A program made the position numbers and the translations under genes. From IMG/VR virus record IMGVR_UViG_3300047160_010363, positions 1 to 64,000 of that record: DNA of 64,000 nt, one strand, 5' to 3'. Below the pieces are notes generated by a model. It made no database searches, was not told the origin of the DNA, and saw only the letters and a program-made list of their open reading frames with translations. Shown piece by piece: positions 8,404-17,843 of this stretch; the first letter of the stretch is position 1; every line of letters starts with the position of its first letter. Source of the stretch: a virus.

Positions 8404-9972
8404 ATGACTAAATTCATTGTTGATGATTTCGCAGCCATCCGTATACGCCAAGAAAGGCTCCGTGAATACGGCCGGATGCTCTTGTCAGAAAAGGCGTCTC
8501 GTTTAGCAATACCGCTGAACAACCCGTGGGCAAAGTGGGTGGCGGATCCAGTTGGGTTTGCCATGGCTTCAATCCGAGACCACGGACTTGGGTATCATCT
8601 TTGGTCAAAGCAGCGTGAGATATGCGAAGCCCTGCGCGACCACGACAGAGTAGCCGTCAAGTCGTGCCACGAGAGCGGCAAGTCGTTTACCGCTGGGTTC
8701 ATTCCGTGCTGGTGGATAGCGTCGCACCCACATGGTGAAGCGGAGGTCGTCACCTCAGCCCCCACGTTTCCACAGGTTAAGCTAATCCTGTGGAAAGAGA
8801 TCGCTAAGGCGCAGTCTCGTGGTAACTTGCCGGGTTATACGAATCAGACTGAGTGGGTGATCGATAGCCGTGTCGTGGCGTTTGGCCGCAAGCCAGACGA
8901 CCACGCACCGGCTGCCTTTCAGGGTCACCATGCACGTTGGATGCTTATCGTGTTTGACGAAGCCTGCGGCATACCGTCGTCATTGTGGACGTCAGCAGAG
9001 ACTTTGATTGCTAATGAAGGCGGCAAGATGCTAGCGATTGGCAATCCTGACGACCCAAACACCGAGTTTGGCAACGTCTGCGAGCCTGGCAGCGGCTGGC
9101 ATGTAATCACGATCAGCGCATTTGACACGCCGAACTTCAGCGGCGAGGACGTGCCGGACGATGTTCGCAGCAGATTGGTTAGTTGCTCTTGGGTTGAGGA
9201 TAAAAAGCGTCGATGGGGTGAGCATTCTCCGCTCTACCAGTCTAAGGTGTTGGGGGAGTTTCCCGACGTTTCGGAGGATAGTTTAATTAGTCCTCGATGG
9301 GTGACTGCTGCGGTGGCGCGTGAGTTTCCAGACGATACTGGCCCGAACGAGCTTGGTGTTGACGTGGCCCGCTACGGGCGCAACGAAACAGTTATTTATC
9401 ACCGTGTAGGTCGTCGTGCGCGTCTTTGGGGTGCGTTTCATCAGCGTGGCCTGATGGAGGTGACTGGCCTGGTCGTCCAGGCGGTGCGCGATACTGGTGC
9501 GAAGAAGGTTAAGGTTGATGACGCTGGTCTCGGTGGTGGTGTTACAGACCGGCTGCTGGAGCTCAAAGGCGAGTCCGGCCACGTGATGGCAGGCGTTGAG
9601 GTGGTCGGCATCAACGTTGGCTGGACCAAAGTTATGACCGATAAGAACCGGGCGCAGTTTGTAAACCTGAAGGCGCAACTGAGCTGGGAGCTACGCGAGC
9701 GTTTTCAGGATGGTCAAATCGCCCTGGAGCCCGACGACGACACTGAGGCGCAGTGCTGCGCTATCAGGTACGATGTGCGCTCCGATGGCCGCACTCACAT
9801 CGAGGATAAGGACGAGGCCGAGAAACGGTTGTCTAAGTTGACTGGAGCAACTGGGGAGAGCGGTTCGCCGGATCGTTTTGATGGACTGGTGCTTGCGTTT
9901 GGCGATATAACTGTGCCAGAGGCCACGTCGATGTGGTCGGTTTCCGATTTGTACTCTGGAGTTGCTGCTTGA
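8404..9972 (+). CDS. terL: Terminase large subunit
   Basis: Walker A SCHESGKS, Walker B IVFDEA, IGNP, nuclease GVDVAR...SPDRFD. Confidence 0.95.
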   Translation: MTKFIVDDFAAIRIRQERLREYGRMLLSEKASRLAIPLNNPWAKWVADPVGFAMASIRDHGLGYHLWSKQREICEALRDHDRVAVKSCHESGKSFTAGFIPCWWIASHPHGEAEVVTSAPTFPQVKLILWKEIAKAQSRGNLPGYTNQTEWVIDSRVVAFGRKPDDHAPAAFQGHHARWMLIVFDEACGIPSSLWTSAETLIANEGGKMLAIGNPDDPNTEFGNVCEPGSGWHVITISAFDTPNFSGEDVPDDVRSRLVSCSWVEDKKRRWGEHSPLYQSKVLGEFPDVSEDSLISPRWVTAAVAREFPDDTGPNELGVDVARYGRNETVIYHRVGRRARLWGAFHQRGLMEVTGLVVQAVRDTGAKKVKVDDAGLGGGVTDRLLELKGESGHVMAGVEVVGINVGWTKVMTDKNRAQFVNLKAQLSWELRERFQDGQIALEPDDDTEAQCCAIRYDVRSDGRTHIEDKDEAEKRLSKLTGATGESGSPDRFDGLVLAFGDITVPEATSMWSVSDLYSGVAA

Positions 9973-10171
9973 ATTTAATTGGGAGTGTACAGTGTCTATA
10001 GGTAGGGAGTCTGTTGATGATATTCCTGCTGTGATAATGGGGATAGCTGTTACTCTCGTGACGCTACCAAATGGACGTCAGATTGTGATAGCTCCTTACG
10101 ATGAGTTTGTTGAAGACTTAAAGAGCGTCATTAACAGCGTAGAGGGAAAAGTTAAGGAGATTGCCATATGA
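9962..10171 (+). CDS. Hypothetical protein
   Basis: Overlaps both neighbours. Confidence 0.5.
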   Translation: MLLEFNWECTVSIGRESVDDIPAVIMGIAVTLVTLPNGRQIVIAPYDEFVEDLKSVINSVEGKVKEIAI

Positions 10172-10473
10172 CCCTCCCCGTGAACAAGCCTGGCGTGTTA
10201 GCAGTAGGCACACCCACTTGTGTCTCCGTCACGCTTAATACGGTGCCACCGCAGGGTTTGTTTTATGGCACTGGAGTTGGCCCGTTGAGTCTGACGCTGA
10301 ACGATTCGGCCACGTTTGCCGGCGCCACTGCGGGTAACCAGATCTGGACGATGCCGCTGTCTGCAATGACGCGCCGCATGGAGGGGTTTGCAATCCCCAT
10401 CAGTAACACGTCCTCCAACGGTCTGGTGGTGAGTGCTGTCCCTCCTGGTGTTTCGTGCACGGTGACGTTCTGA
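10168..10473 (+). CDS. Small beta-rich putative virion decoration protein
   Basis: AAGGAG SD; G/T/V-rich; NGLVV..P.G...TVTF ending. Confidence 0.6.
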   Translation: MTLPVNKPGVLAVGTPTCVSVTLNTVPPQGLFYGTGVGPLSLTLNDSATFAGATAGNQIWTMPLSAMTRRMEGFAIPISNTSSNGLVVSAVPPGVSCTVTF

Positions 10474-10633
10474 TCAATCTTGAGGACTCGTGAGATGTTT
10501 CGAAATATTGAGCTGACAACCTCTGGATGTATAATGTTGGTTTTGTTGACCATGTGTTTAGTGTTTGGTCGTATAATAATTGAGTCACAGATTGATTTGA
10601 TCGCCGATATGATGTTTCCGATATAGAGTACGC

Positions 10634-11209
10634 GTGTCTATACCACTTGATCTACCAAAAATATGCGACGCAGTGTTCGCTACCTGTGTTACTGATATTC
10701 GTGGTCAGGCAGCGGTCCTCTATTGGGCACGCACTCGTTTCTTTGGTACTCCGCTGCTGCTTCTCGACTGGGCGATATCTCAACTATCGCCACAGCTTTG
10801 GACTGGTATTCAGGCTCAGCTCCAGTCGTTTGTGACCGAGTGTCGTGCTCTCAGAGGTTCGCTTGGCATTTATGTCGAAGATGAAGCCATGGCAGTTCAC
10901 GCTGAAGAGTTGGGTGTGCGTGCTGAACCAATATACGAGCATTTGACGGCGAAGGACCGCTGGACTTCATTGTGTCAGATTGCAGCTCTCGCTGCTCGTG
11001 GTGGTAAGGTTGGTGTGACATCACGGGCAATGGATACTGCGCGAGCTCATCCCAAGCGTGATGAGTTGTATACACCGGCACTGGAGTTTCGTGGAGGCTC
11101 GCGTCCGGACGTGCCCACTGTGCCAGCGTTCGTGTATGGGGTAGTGCTTGCGCTCGATCCAACGGCGGCGACACCACCTCGGCCAGCAAGGGTGAAGATC
11201 ACGGCATGA
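10634..11209 (+). CDS. Degenerate terminase C-terminal (RNase H-like) domain
   Basis: P..CDAVFA, LLDW.I.Q, RGSLGIYVED, F.YG..LAL recall the Bcep781-type TerL C-terminus; acidic catalytic motifs appear missing. Confidence 0.6.
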   Translation: MSIPLDLPKICDAVFATCVTDIRGQAAVLYWARTRFFGTPLLLLDWAISQLSPQLWTGIQAQLQSFVTECRALRGSLGIYVEDEAMAVHAEELGVRAEPIYEHLTAKDRWTSLCQIAALAARGGKVGVTSRAMDTARAHPKRDELYTPALEFRGGSRPDVPTVPAFVYGVVLALDPTAATPPRPARVKITA

Positions 11210-11376
11210 AAAAGAAAAGAGTCCGCAAGCCAAGGTCAGATCCGATGTGGCGTGGTGTGCGTGTTAAACCATACTTTCAAGATGCTCCTGTAGTAGAGAA
11301 GAGTCTTGTGGGTGTGCGAATCGACAAACCACTGTCAGTTGTCCACAAGTCGCTAACTGGCGGATCTTTTGTCTGA
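11206..11376 (+). CDS. Small basic hypothetical protein, 56 aa (not in track)
   Basis: MKKKRVRKPRSDPMWRG...; ATGA overlap upstream, overlaps portal start. Confidence 0.45.
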   Translation: MKKKRVRKPRSDPMWRGVRVKPYFQDAPVVEKSLVGVRIDKPLSVVHKSLTGGSFV

Positions 11377-12910
11377 CGTCAGCAACGTAGACCAGCAGTT
11401 TCCGAACGCATTTGTAGCGGTCTCGGCCAATGGGTTGGGCACTGCACTTCAAACATTGCTGTCTTGCGATGACATTCAGCCAGGATCAAACGCGAGCTAC
11501 CAGTTGTGCAAGACCATCTATCTGTACCATCCGCTCGGCGGTAAGATGGCTGAGGCGCCAGTGGCGCTGGCCCAGTCATCTGAACGTGAGATTGTAGTTC
11601 AAACTGGCCCAAAAGCAGTCGCCGAGGCGTTTGTCGAGGAGTGGAAGCGGCTTGAAGCCACTCGGACTATAGCCAACGTTGCGACTCAGTCGCGAGTTTA
11701 CGCTCTCGCTACAGTAGCCATGGTCATCGAGGGCAAGGAGTCGACTGAGCCCGTTGACCTCTGGGAGCTATGGAACGAAAAGCTTAGTTTCAATGTCTGG
11801 GACCCACTGAATACGTCTGGTCTGATCGTCGATCAGAATCCGAACAGTCCTACGTTTCAGAAGCATGGTGACATCATCTGCGGGGGGCAGCGCTACCACC
11901 GTAGTCGCACTCTGACGATGATGAATGAGGAGTCCATTTATATTGCATGGACTTCCTCTGCGTTTGCCTACGCCGGCCGCTCATGCTATCAGCGTGGGCT
12001 CTATCCATTGAAGTCGTTTATCAAGTCGATGGTGACTAATGACTTGATCTTGACAAAAGCTGGTGTGTTCATCGCTAAGATGAAGCCACCTGGCAGCATC
12101 ATCGATCGCGCGATGCAGTATCTTTACAACGTTAAGCGCAATATCCTCAAGCAGTCAGCGATCAGCAACGTCGTGACGATTGGCCTCGATGAGGACGTGT
12201 CGACGCTGAACATGCAGAACATCCAAGTCTACGACTTGGCGCGCAATAATGTGATCAAGGATATTGCAACTTCGGACAACATGCCAGCCAAGCTGTTGAC
12301 GCAGGAGGCGTTTGTCGAGGGATTTGGTGAGGGCACGCAGGATGCTTATGCCGTGGCGCAGTACGGTGAGCGTTTCCGCGCCAAGATGGAGCCAATATAC
12401 GAGTGGTTTGACTTGGTGTGTATGCACCGTGCGTGGAACCCGGAGTTTTACGAGACGATCCAGCGTCAGTACCCTGAAGAGTATGGTGACGTTGACTACA
12501 AGGAGGCCTTCTACCTCTGGAAGAACGGCTTTCAAGCCACTTGGCCCAGCCTGATACGCGAGCCTCCCAGCGAGGAAGTGCAAGTTGATGACGTAAAGCT
12601 CAAAGCACTGATCGCAGTCGTCCAGGTGTTTGCACCACTGCTCGATCCTGACAACATGGCGAAGCTCATCGAGTGGGCGTGTGATCAGCTAGGTGAGCGC
12701 GAGAGCTTGTTTGGTGGTGATGGGCCGTTGCTCGACTTTGAGGCGCTACGCGACCATATGGAAGAGCAGCAAGAGCAACAGCGTGCGATGGGTGAGGGAG
12801 GGCTTGAGGAGGCTGAGAACGCCGCACCGAGTAAGCCGTTCTCTGGTCGTGACTCGGTAGCTGCGAACGTGAGCCAGTTGGCGACCGTGCTGCATGCAGC
12901 GAGGCGTTGA
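11369..12910 (+). CDS. Portal protein (DUF1073-like)
   Basis: YQLCKTIYLYHPLG, DPLNT, GFGEGTQD, WPSL; position after terminase. Confidence 0.9.
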   Translation: MSDVSNVDQQFPNAFVAVSANGLGTALQTLLSCDDIQPGSNASYQLCKTIYLYHPLGGKMAEAPVALAQSSEREIVVQTGPKAVAEAFVEEWKRLEATRTIANVATQSRVYALATVAMVIEGKESTEPVDLWELWNEKLSFNVWDPLNTSGLIVDQNPNSPTFQKHGDIICGGQRYHRSRTLTMMNEESIYIAWTSSAFAYAGRSCYQRGLYPLKSFIKSMVTNDLILTKAGVFIAKMKPPGSIIDRAMQYLYNVKRNILKQSAISNVVTIGLDEDVSTLNMQNIQVYDLARNNVIKDIATSDNMPAKLLTQEAFVEGFGEGTQDAYAVAQYGERFRAKMEPIYEWFDLVCMHRAWNPEFYETIQRQYPEEYGDVDYKEAFYLWKNGFQATWPSLIREPPSEEVQVDDVKLKALIAVVQVFAPLLDPDNMAKLIEWACDQLGERESLFGGDGPLLDFEALRDHMEEQQEQQRAMGEGGLEEAENAAPSKPFSGRDSVAANVSQLATVLHAARR

Positions 12911-13205
12911 TGATGCTGCGAGCTATGTAGATGGGTACCTATGGGAATTGCTTGAGTTCTGAAGCGTTGATTCTCGCGAGGTGCCACATGACAGCCCTGT
13001 TTATCAAGCCCGCGACCACCAAGGAATTGCCTGGCGATCTGCACGCTCAGCTGGACGACGGAAATCTTTTGGTCCCGGTGCATGTTGCATATGTGTCCCC
13101 GCGCGCACCGGAGCCGCCAACGCGAACTCGTTTGAGAAATCACTGAGGGCAGATGTGGCGCGCGGCTAGCTAAACTACACAACCCACCATGGGCACCCAA
13201 GGAAC

Positions 13206-14033
13206 TTGATTTCTCGTCGCCGTCAACCTCAGTCTTTCTACCAAACTATAACTGCTGCAGTGGCCGACTTCACAGAACACGGCTTTGACAGCCAAGAGCG
13301 CCTCGACGGTTGGTTACTACAGTTGCGCAATGCTGCCCGCGCGGAGATCATCTCAGATCACGAGGCAGCGACCAAAATTCGTGAGGCGCTTGAGGCAGTA
13401 TATAAACGGATGGTCGATCGTGGTCAGATGCTGCGCCACCATCCAAGTGTTCAACGCTTTACGCTTGAGCGCGTGCGGCCTGCGCTGCGTGGTGAGCTAG
13501 ATCGTCGCATTGTGACGGCTGCAAACCTGATACGGATGAATCGTAACCAAGCTATTGAGAAGACACTACAGCGTTTTTCGGGGTGGGCTACTTCTATCCC
13601 GATCGGCGGCTCTGGCGCAGTCGATCGGGTGCCAGTAAAGAAGGAAATGCGCCAATCGTTGGCGGCGCTCTCGTTCATTGAACGTCGCGTGGCTACAGAC
13701 CAGAGCCACAAGCTAGCCGCCAACCTGAGCGAGATACTGGCTGTAGATGGTGGTGCATTGGCTGGTCGTTGGCACCGGCACTATACGCGGTACCCGCGCG
13801 AGGAGCACAAGCAGCGCGACGGACGTGTTTACGCGGTTCGTGGGAATTGGGCGCTAGCCAGAGGGCTGATGAATTCAGGACCCAATGGCTACACAGACGA
13901 GATCACCAAGCCTGGTGAGGAAGTAGATTGCCACTGCACCTACGAATGGTTTCACTCGCTGCGTGCTCTCCCGTCGGAAATGTTGACCGAGCGTGGACGC
14001 GACGAGCTTGAGAGGGTAAAGAGGGCTGCATGA
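13206..14033 (+). CDS. MuF/SPP1 gp7-like head morphogenesis protein
   Basis: W.....R.EH..RDG..Y; PGEEVDCHC; follows portal. Confidence 0.85.
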   Translation: MISRRRQPQSFYQTITAAVADFTEHGFDSQERLDGWLLQLRNAARAEIISDHEAATKIREALEAVYKRMVDRGQMLRHHPSVQRFTLERVRPALRGELDRRIVTAANLIRMNRNQAIEKTLQRFSGWATSIPIGGSGAVDRVPVKKEMRQSLAALSFIERRVATDQSHKLAANLSEILAVDGGALAGRWHRHYTRYPREEHKQRDGRVYAVRGNWALARGLMNSGPNGYTDEITKPGEEVDCHCTYEWFHSLRALPSEMLTERGRDELERVKRAA

Positions 14034-14227
14034 CTTTGGGATATGGTTATCATCCTATGATGTCATTGGAAATTCTACCAGACTGCCGCGGTCCTGCCAC
14101 TGTAGAGCGCGATCGTGCAGTTGCAGTTGCTAGGCGCGTACTGGCAACACCTTCACCGGTAGAAAGTGATGTAACACTTTTGGCCCGCCAGTTCCTTCGC
14201 GCAGTTGGATTGTCAGAGAAGAGTTGA
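14030..14227 (+). CDS. Hypothetical protein
   Basis: ATGA overlap. Confidence 0.5.
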   Translation: MTLGYGYHPMMSLEILPDCRGPATVERDRAVAVARRVLATPSPVESDVTLLARQFLRAVGLSEKS

Positions 14228-14230
14228 TAA

Positions 14231-14455
14231 ATGGCTGCGAAATCTGACTTTGGCCGCGCGGTGGCTAATGAGTTCCGCGTGTTGAAAGAGACTGTCAACA
14301 GCAAGCCGGTGAACACGTCCGAGACCGGTGCGCCCAATGGCATGGATCGCTCCGTTAAAGAGCAAGTAATTAGCGACATCGATCGCGTAATTGAGTACCA
14401 CGAGCAGCGCAAGCCATTTCCAGGCTCGATCCTCAGCTATACGTTGAATAGTTGA
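14231..14455 (+). CDS. Hypothetical protein
   Basis: Operon tiling. Confidence 0.55.
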   Translation: MAAKSDFGRAVANEFRVLKETVNSKPVNTSETGAPNGMDRSVKEQVISDIDRVIEYHEQRKPFPGSILSYTLNS

Positions 14456-14645
14456 GAGCATGCGGTCTACATTAGACGCAGATGTCGCGAAGATTATATC
14501 CAACAAAGACCACACCTTTGTTACTTTCATTGCGCCTGGCTCTGAGCCAAATTGGGAGTATTGCTCGCGTTGTGGCTCTAAGAAAGATGACCTGAAGATC
14601 AACGATGGCGCCAACTACCTCCCGTGCAAAGGGTTCGTCGGATAG

Positions 14646-14933
14646 ATGTTTTCACTCCCAGTAACCGGCCGAGCGTTGGGTTACCAGCAGATCCTTGCTG
14701 CGACGCTAGCCTCCGCGACCAATCTGACGCCGCCAGTGGGCGCGAAGATGGCCTACATAGTGTCGGAGGCATCGTCAGTGCGCTGGCGTGATGATGGCAC
14801 TGCACCCACGACCACTATTGGCATGCTGATTGCGTCTGGCGGTGATTTGGTTTACTCATCGAACTTGCAGGCCATACAGTTCATTGCAGCCACAGGGTCG
14901 CCGATACTTGATGTATCTTACTACGGGAACTGA
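14646..14933 (+). CDS. Small beta-rich putative virion protein
   Basis: VRWRDDGTAPT..GM motif; C-terminal LDVSYY. Confidence 0.7.
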   Translation: MFSLPVTGRALGYQQILAATLASATNLTPPVGAKMAYIVSEASSVRWRDDGTAPTTTIGMLIASGGDLVYSSNLQAIQFIAATGSPILDVSYYGN

Positions 14934-15027
14934 ATTGGCGCGGCAGGGAAAGCAAATCCGGCACTCCTGCTTTCCCTTTATACGTCTAATGTCTCTCCCC
15001 CCTAGGCTGATGGCGTGCCGCGCCAAT
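14934..15027. other. Intergenic branched stem-loop element
   Basis: 12-bp outer inverted repeat ATTGGCGCGGCA/TGCCGCGCCAAT enclosing 9-bp stem GGGAAAGCA/TGCTTTCCC. Confidence 0.6.
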
Positions 15028-15052
15028 ACCTCCATATGAGACTGCTACTGCG

Positions 15053-15559
15053 TTGAACATTAGTTCTGGTTTCCACCGCGACTTCCTCGGACCCATCGAG
15101 ACAATCTTGGGGTCACTGGACAAGGTTTATCCAGTCGCCAAACTTGGCGAGGTTAGACTATTTGAACGCGAGGGCGACCGATCGTTGGCCCACGCTGATG
15201 GCCGTGATTTGGTGCTTAATGCGCTGTGGTTTACGCGACCCCGTGCGGTATTTGACGAAGCTGCAAAGCTCGGTCGCGAGGCACTCCCGTTTGGAATGCC
15301 GCTTTGGCACGGAGGGATGGGCGAGCCGGAGCATGTTTTAACTCACGAGTTTTGGCATGTATTGGCCTTATCGTTGGCTGGCAGTGCAGAGTTTGCGGAG
15401 TCAGGTCACGCGGCAGTCCTGAGCAATCCAGCGATTGCGGCTTCTGGGTACGCGATGGTGGACCCAGATGAGTGGGGCGCTGAGACGTTTGCTGCGTTGC
15501 GTCTTGGCCACGCGGCGTCGTTGCAAGTAGCTGAAATGGAGGGATTTCTTGCGAGCTAG
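15053..15559 (+). CDS. Zincin-like metallopeptidase
   Basis: THEFWH (HExxH) plus SGYA....EWGAETF third-ligand motif. Confidence 0.75.
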   Translation: MNISSGFHRDFLGPIETILGSLDKVYPVAKLGEVRLFEREGDRSLAHADGRDLVLNALWFTRPRAVFDEAAKLGREALPFGMPLWHGGMGEPEHVLTHEFWHVLALSLAGSAEFAESGHAAVLSNPAIAASGYAMVDPDEWGAETFAALRLGHAASLQVAEMEGFLAS

Positions 15560-15782
15560 TAACCAGAACGCGCTGAATGCCCGTTTGAATTTTGTGTGGG
15601 TCGCTACAACATACGATCCTGATGACAAGTCTGTAGATACTGTGACCAATCGTCGCTATGTGGCGCGAGGTTCAGAAGGCGCTTGGGGCGTTTTTGACCG
15701 CTTCGAGGATCGTTATATTAGTTTCGAGGAGCTGGCTATGCTGAATTATAGCCAGCTTGGTTCGGACATAGGCTACGCTTGA
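15549..15782 (+). CDS. Hypothetical protein
   Basis: GGAGG SD, TTG start. Confidence 0.5.
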   Translation: MRASNQNALNARLNFVWVATTYDPDDKSVDTVTNRRYVARGSEGAWGVFDRFEDRYISFEELAMLNYSQLGSDIGYA

Positions 15783-15795
15783 TAGGAGGAATACA

Positions 15796-16236
15796 GTGAA
15801 GATCAAAACAATACTCGTACTACTGGCTGGACTATCGATGCCCGCCATTGCAATGGCAGACCCAATCGCCGTCAACTCGTGCGGGACGCTGTCCGGTGGG
15901 TCCTACGTATTGGAGGCTGACCTTACTGCTTCTACTCCAGGCAAGTATTGCTTGAAGGCGCTGGGGCTATCCACGATCGACCTCAACGGGTTTTCGATCA
16001 GCGGCGTCGGCAATGGCATTTCTGCCGATGTTGCCGCAACAGTAAAAAATGGTTTCTTCTCAATGATGAGCGGTGCGGTCGCCGTGAACATAACTTCGGC
16101 AGGGGGCCGCGTTACCGACATAAGCGTGGTCAAGGGTCGCGTATTGGTGGCCTGTCCTGCCGTCGTTAGCCACAGTGTCATCCCCGACCTGGAGGAAAGT
16201 GGTACTGGATGCATCGTCTACGGAGTTGCCAAGTAG
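15796..16236 (+). CDS. Signal-peptide protein, short beta-helix-like
   Basis: AGGAGG SD; MKIKTILVLLAGLSMPAIAMA; GSYVL.ADL, TIDLNGFSISG. Confidence 0.7.
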   Translation: MKIKTILVLLAGLSMPAIAMADPIAVNSCGTLSGGSYVLEADLTASTPGKYCLKALGLSTIDLNGFSISGVGNGISADVAATVKNGFFSMMSGAVAVNITSAGGRVTDISVVKGRVLVACPAVVSHSVIPDLEESGTGCIVYGVAK

Positions 16237-16247
16237 GCGACCATTAG

Positions 16248-17807
16248 TTGTCCACAGGCATCTCACCGCAGTGCTTCGCGTGCGGTCGTCTGGTTGGGGT
16301 TGTTCCTGGTCAGGGATGGGCATGCGAGGCGTTTGGTGATAAGCCAATACCAAAGGAGATACTCGTCAATGCACACGACCATCGTAAGCCGTACCGCGGC
16401 GACGGTGGTTTAATGTTTGTTGATAAGAATAAGTCTAATATAGACGCTATTTTGGCACGGATTGATGGGTGGAACGAGCAGGATCATCCGCGTAATCCAG
16501 AGGGCTCAAGTAAAGGGGGACAGTTTACATCTAGTGGCGGTAGTAGTGGAAAATTCACTCCTGAAGAACAACATTTAAGTAATTATGTTTCAAAGGAGCC
16601 GGGGAGTGAATTGCATTCTCATCAGATAAATGCTGGTTTACGGCGTGAGTCTGGTTTAACTGGTGAGCAGAAAGAGGCAGTGAAAGGTATCGATGCGATC
16701 TTTGCCAGTGCACCTCCTACTACTAAACCGATGGTTCTCTATCGCGGAATGCCAACTTCGGTTTTAGGTGATAAACCAAATACAGTTGGATGGGAAAAGG
16801 GGTATTCATCTACTTCCACTGATTTTGAAAATGCACGTGCTTACACTCAGGAAAGTAAAGTTGGTGTGGTTTATGAAATACATGTGCCAGTAGGTTCCAA
16901 GGTTATTGACACTGGGAAGTATGATTTAGCTCATGGCGGTGAAGAAGATGAGGTGTTATTGCCACGAGGTAGTCGTTTTGTAATAGATAAACGGTATAAG
17001 AAAGATGGTGTAAAAGTAGTTAGCGTTAGAATGGTTGATGGTATGCGTGGCAGAGTAGATAATGCTATTTGTCGCGCTGCAGGTGTCATGTTCGTCGCTC
17101 CAGATGGCGCGGTGCTGATGCTTCGCCGCAGCGCCAACGCCTCTGACCATTTAGGCGAGTGGGCGTTCCCTGGTGGTGGCGTTGAGGGCGACGAGACAGT
17201 TGAAGACGCTGCGCGACGTGAAGCGATCGAGGAAGTTGGCACGCATTACTATGGTGATCTGGAGCCCTGGACGCGACGTGTGCGCGATGGTGTTGACTTC
17301 ACTCTATTCAGGCAGCACGTGCCGGAGAGGTTTGACCCGGTTCTCAACGAGGAGCACGACGCGTTTCAGTGGGTTGACACGCGAGCTGATTCTGAGTTTG
17401 TAGAGAGTGAGCATCCACGCGATAAAGATGGTAAGTTTTCTGAAATTCTTGTTACAGAAGAAGGTCAGAAATTTTATCATGGCACTTCCGAGGAAAATAT
17501 GCACTCGATCCTTAAGCAGGGGATCACTCCAGAAGGCTCAGGGCGACAATCTGGACTTCCAGGAGTTCATGAGACAGGAGTTCATGCGCATGTCACTTTT
17601 GACCCAGGCACAGCTAATCGCTACGCAAATTCAGCAACAGCGATTGGTAAAGAGCCAGTAGTCTTTCAAGTTGAATTCCCTGTGGGGACTCGACTGAATG
17701 AGGATATGACTGCGACTGCCGCTTATAAATATAAAGGTGTAATCAAACCTGAGTGGATTACTAATCGTGCTATTGGCGGGATTTGGCAAAAGCGCTTTAC
17801 AAGGTGA
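16248..17807 (+). CDS. Multidomain head-linked protein: Cys/His domain + R-S-E ADP-ribosyltransferase + Nudix hydrolase + second ART-fold domain
   Basis: LYRG / YSSTST / EEDEVLLPRG; Nudix box GGVEGDETVEDAARREAIEEVG; FYHGTS....SILKQGI; two [DE]HPR...G[QK]F motifs. Confidence 0.85.
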   Translation: MSTGISPQCFACGRLVGVVPGQGWACEAFGDKPIPKEILVNAHDHRKPYRGDGGLMFVDKNKSNIDAILARIDGWNEQDHPRNPEGSSKGGQFTSSGGSSGKFTPEEQHLSNYVSKEPGSELHSHQINAGLRRESGLTGEQKEAVKGIDAIFASAPPTTKPMVLYRGMPTSVLGDKPNTVGWEKGYSSTSTDFENARAYTQESKVGVVYEIHVPVGSKVIDTGKYDLAHGGEEDEVLLPRGSRFVIDKRYKKDGVKVVSVRMVDGMRGRVDNAICRAAGVMFVAPDGAVLMLRRSANASDHLGEWAFPGGGVEGDETVEDAARREAIEEVGTHYYGDLEPWTRRVRDGVDFTLFRQHVPERFDPVLNEEHDAFQWVDTRADSEFVESEHPRDKDGKFSEILVTEEGQKFYHGTSEENMHSILKQGITPEGSGRQSGLPGVHETGVHAHVTFDPGTANRYANSATAIGKEPVVFQVEFPVGTRLNEDMTATAAYKYKGVIKPEWITNRAIGGIWQKRFTR

Positions 17808-17843
17808 CCAATGACTGTTGAGTTCAACTCATAAAGTAGTAAT

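Noticed and set aside
11369-12910. Anti-CBASS Acb1 label sometimes attached to DUF1073 proteins
   Set aside because: No paired HxT phosphoesterase motifs seen; size and position fit a plain portal
14934-15027. Hammerhead ribozyme (GAAA and CTGATG present)
   Set aside because: Core reads CTGATGG rather than CTGANGA, and stem I cannot be placed next to a cleavage triplet
17391-17843. Self-splicing intron or intein in the Nudix-protease gene
   Set aside because: No group I/II core or intein termini recognised; the insert carries an ART domain, not a homing nuclease
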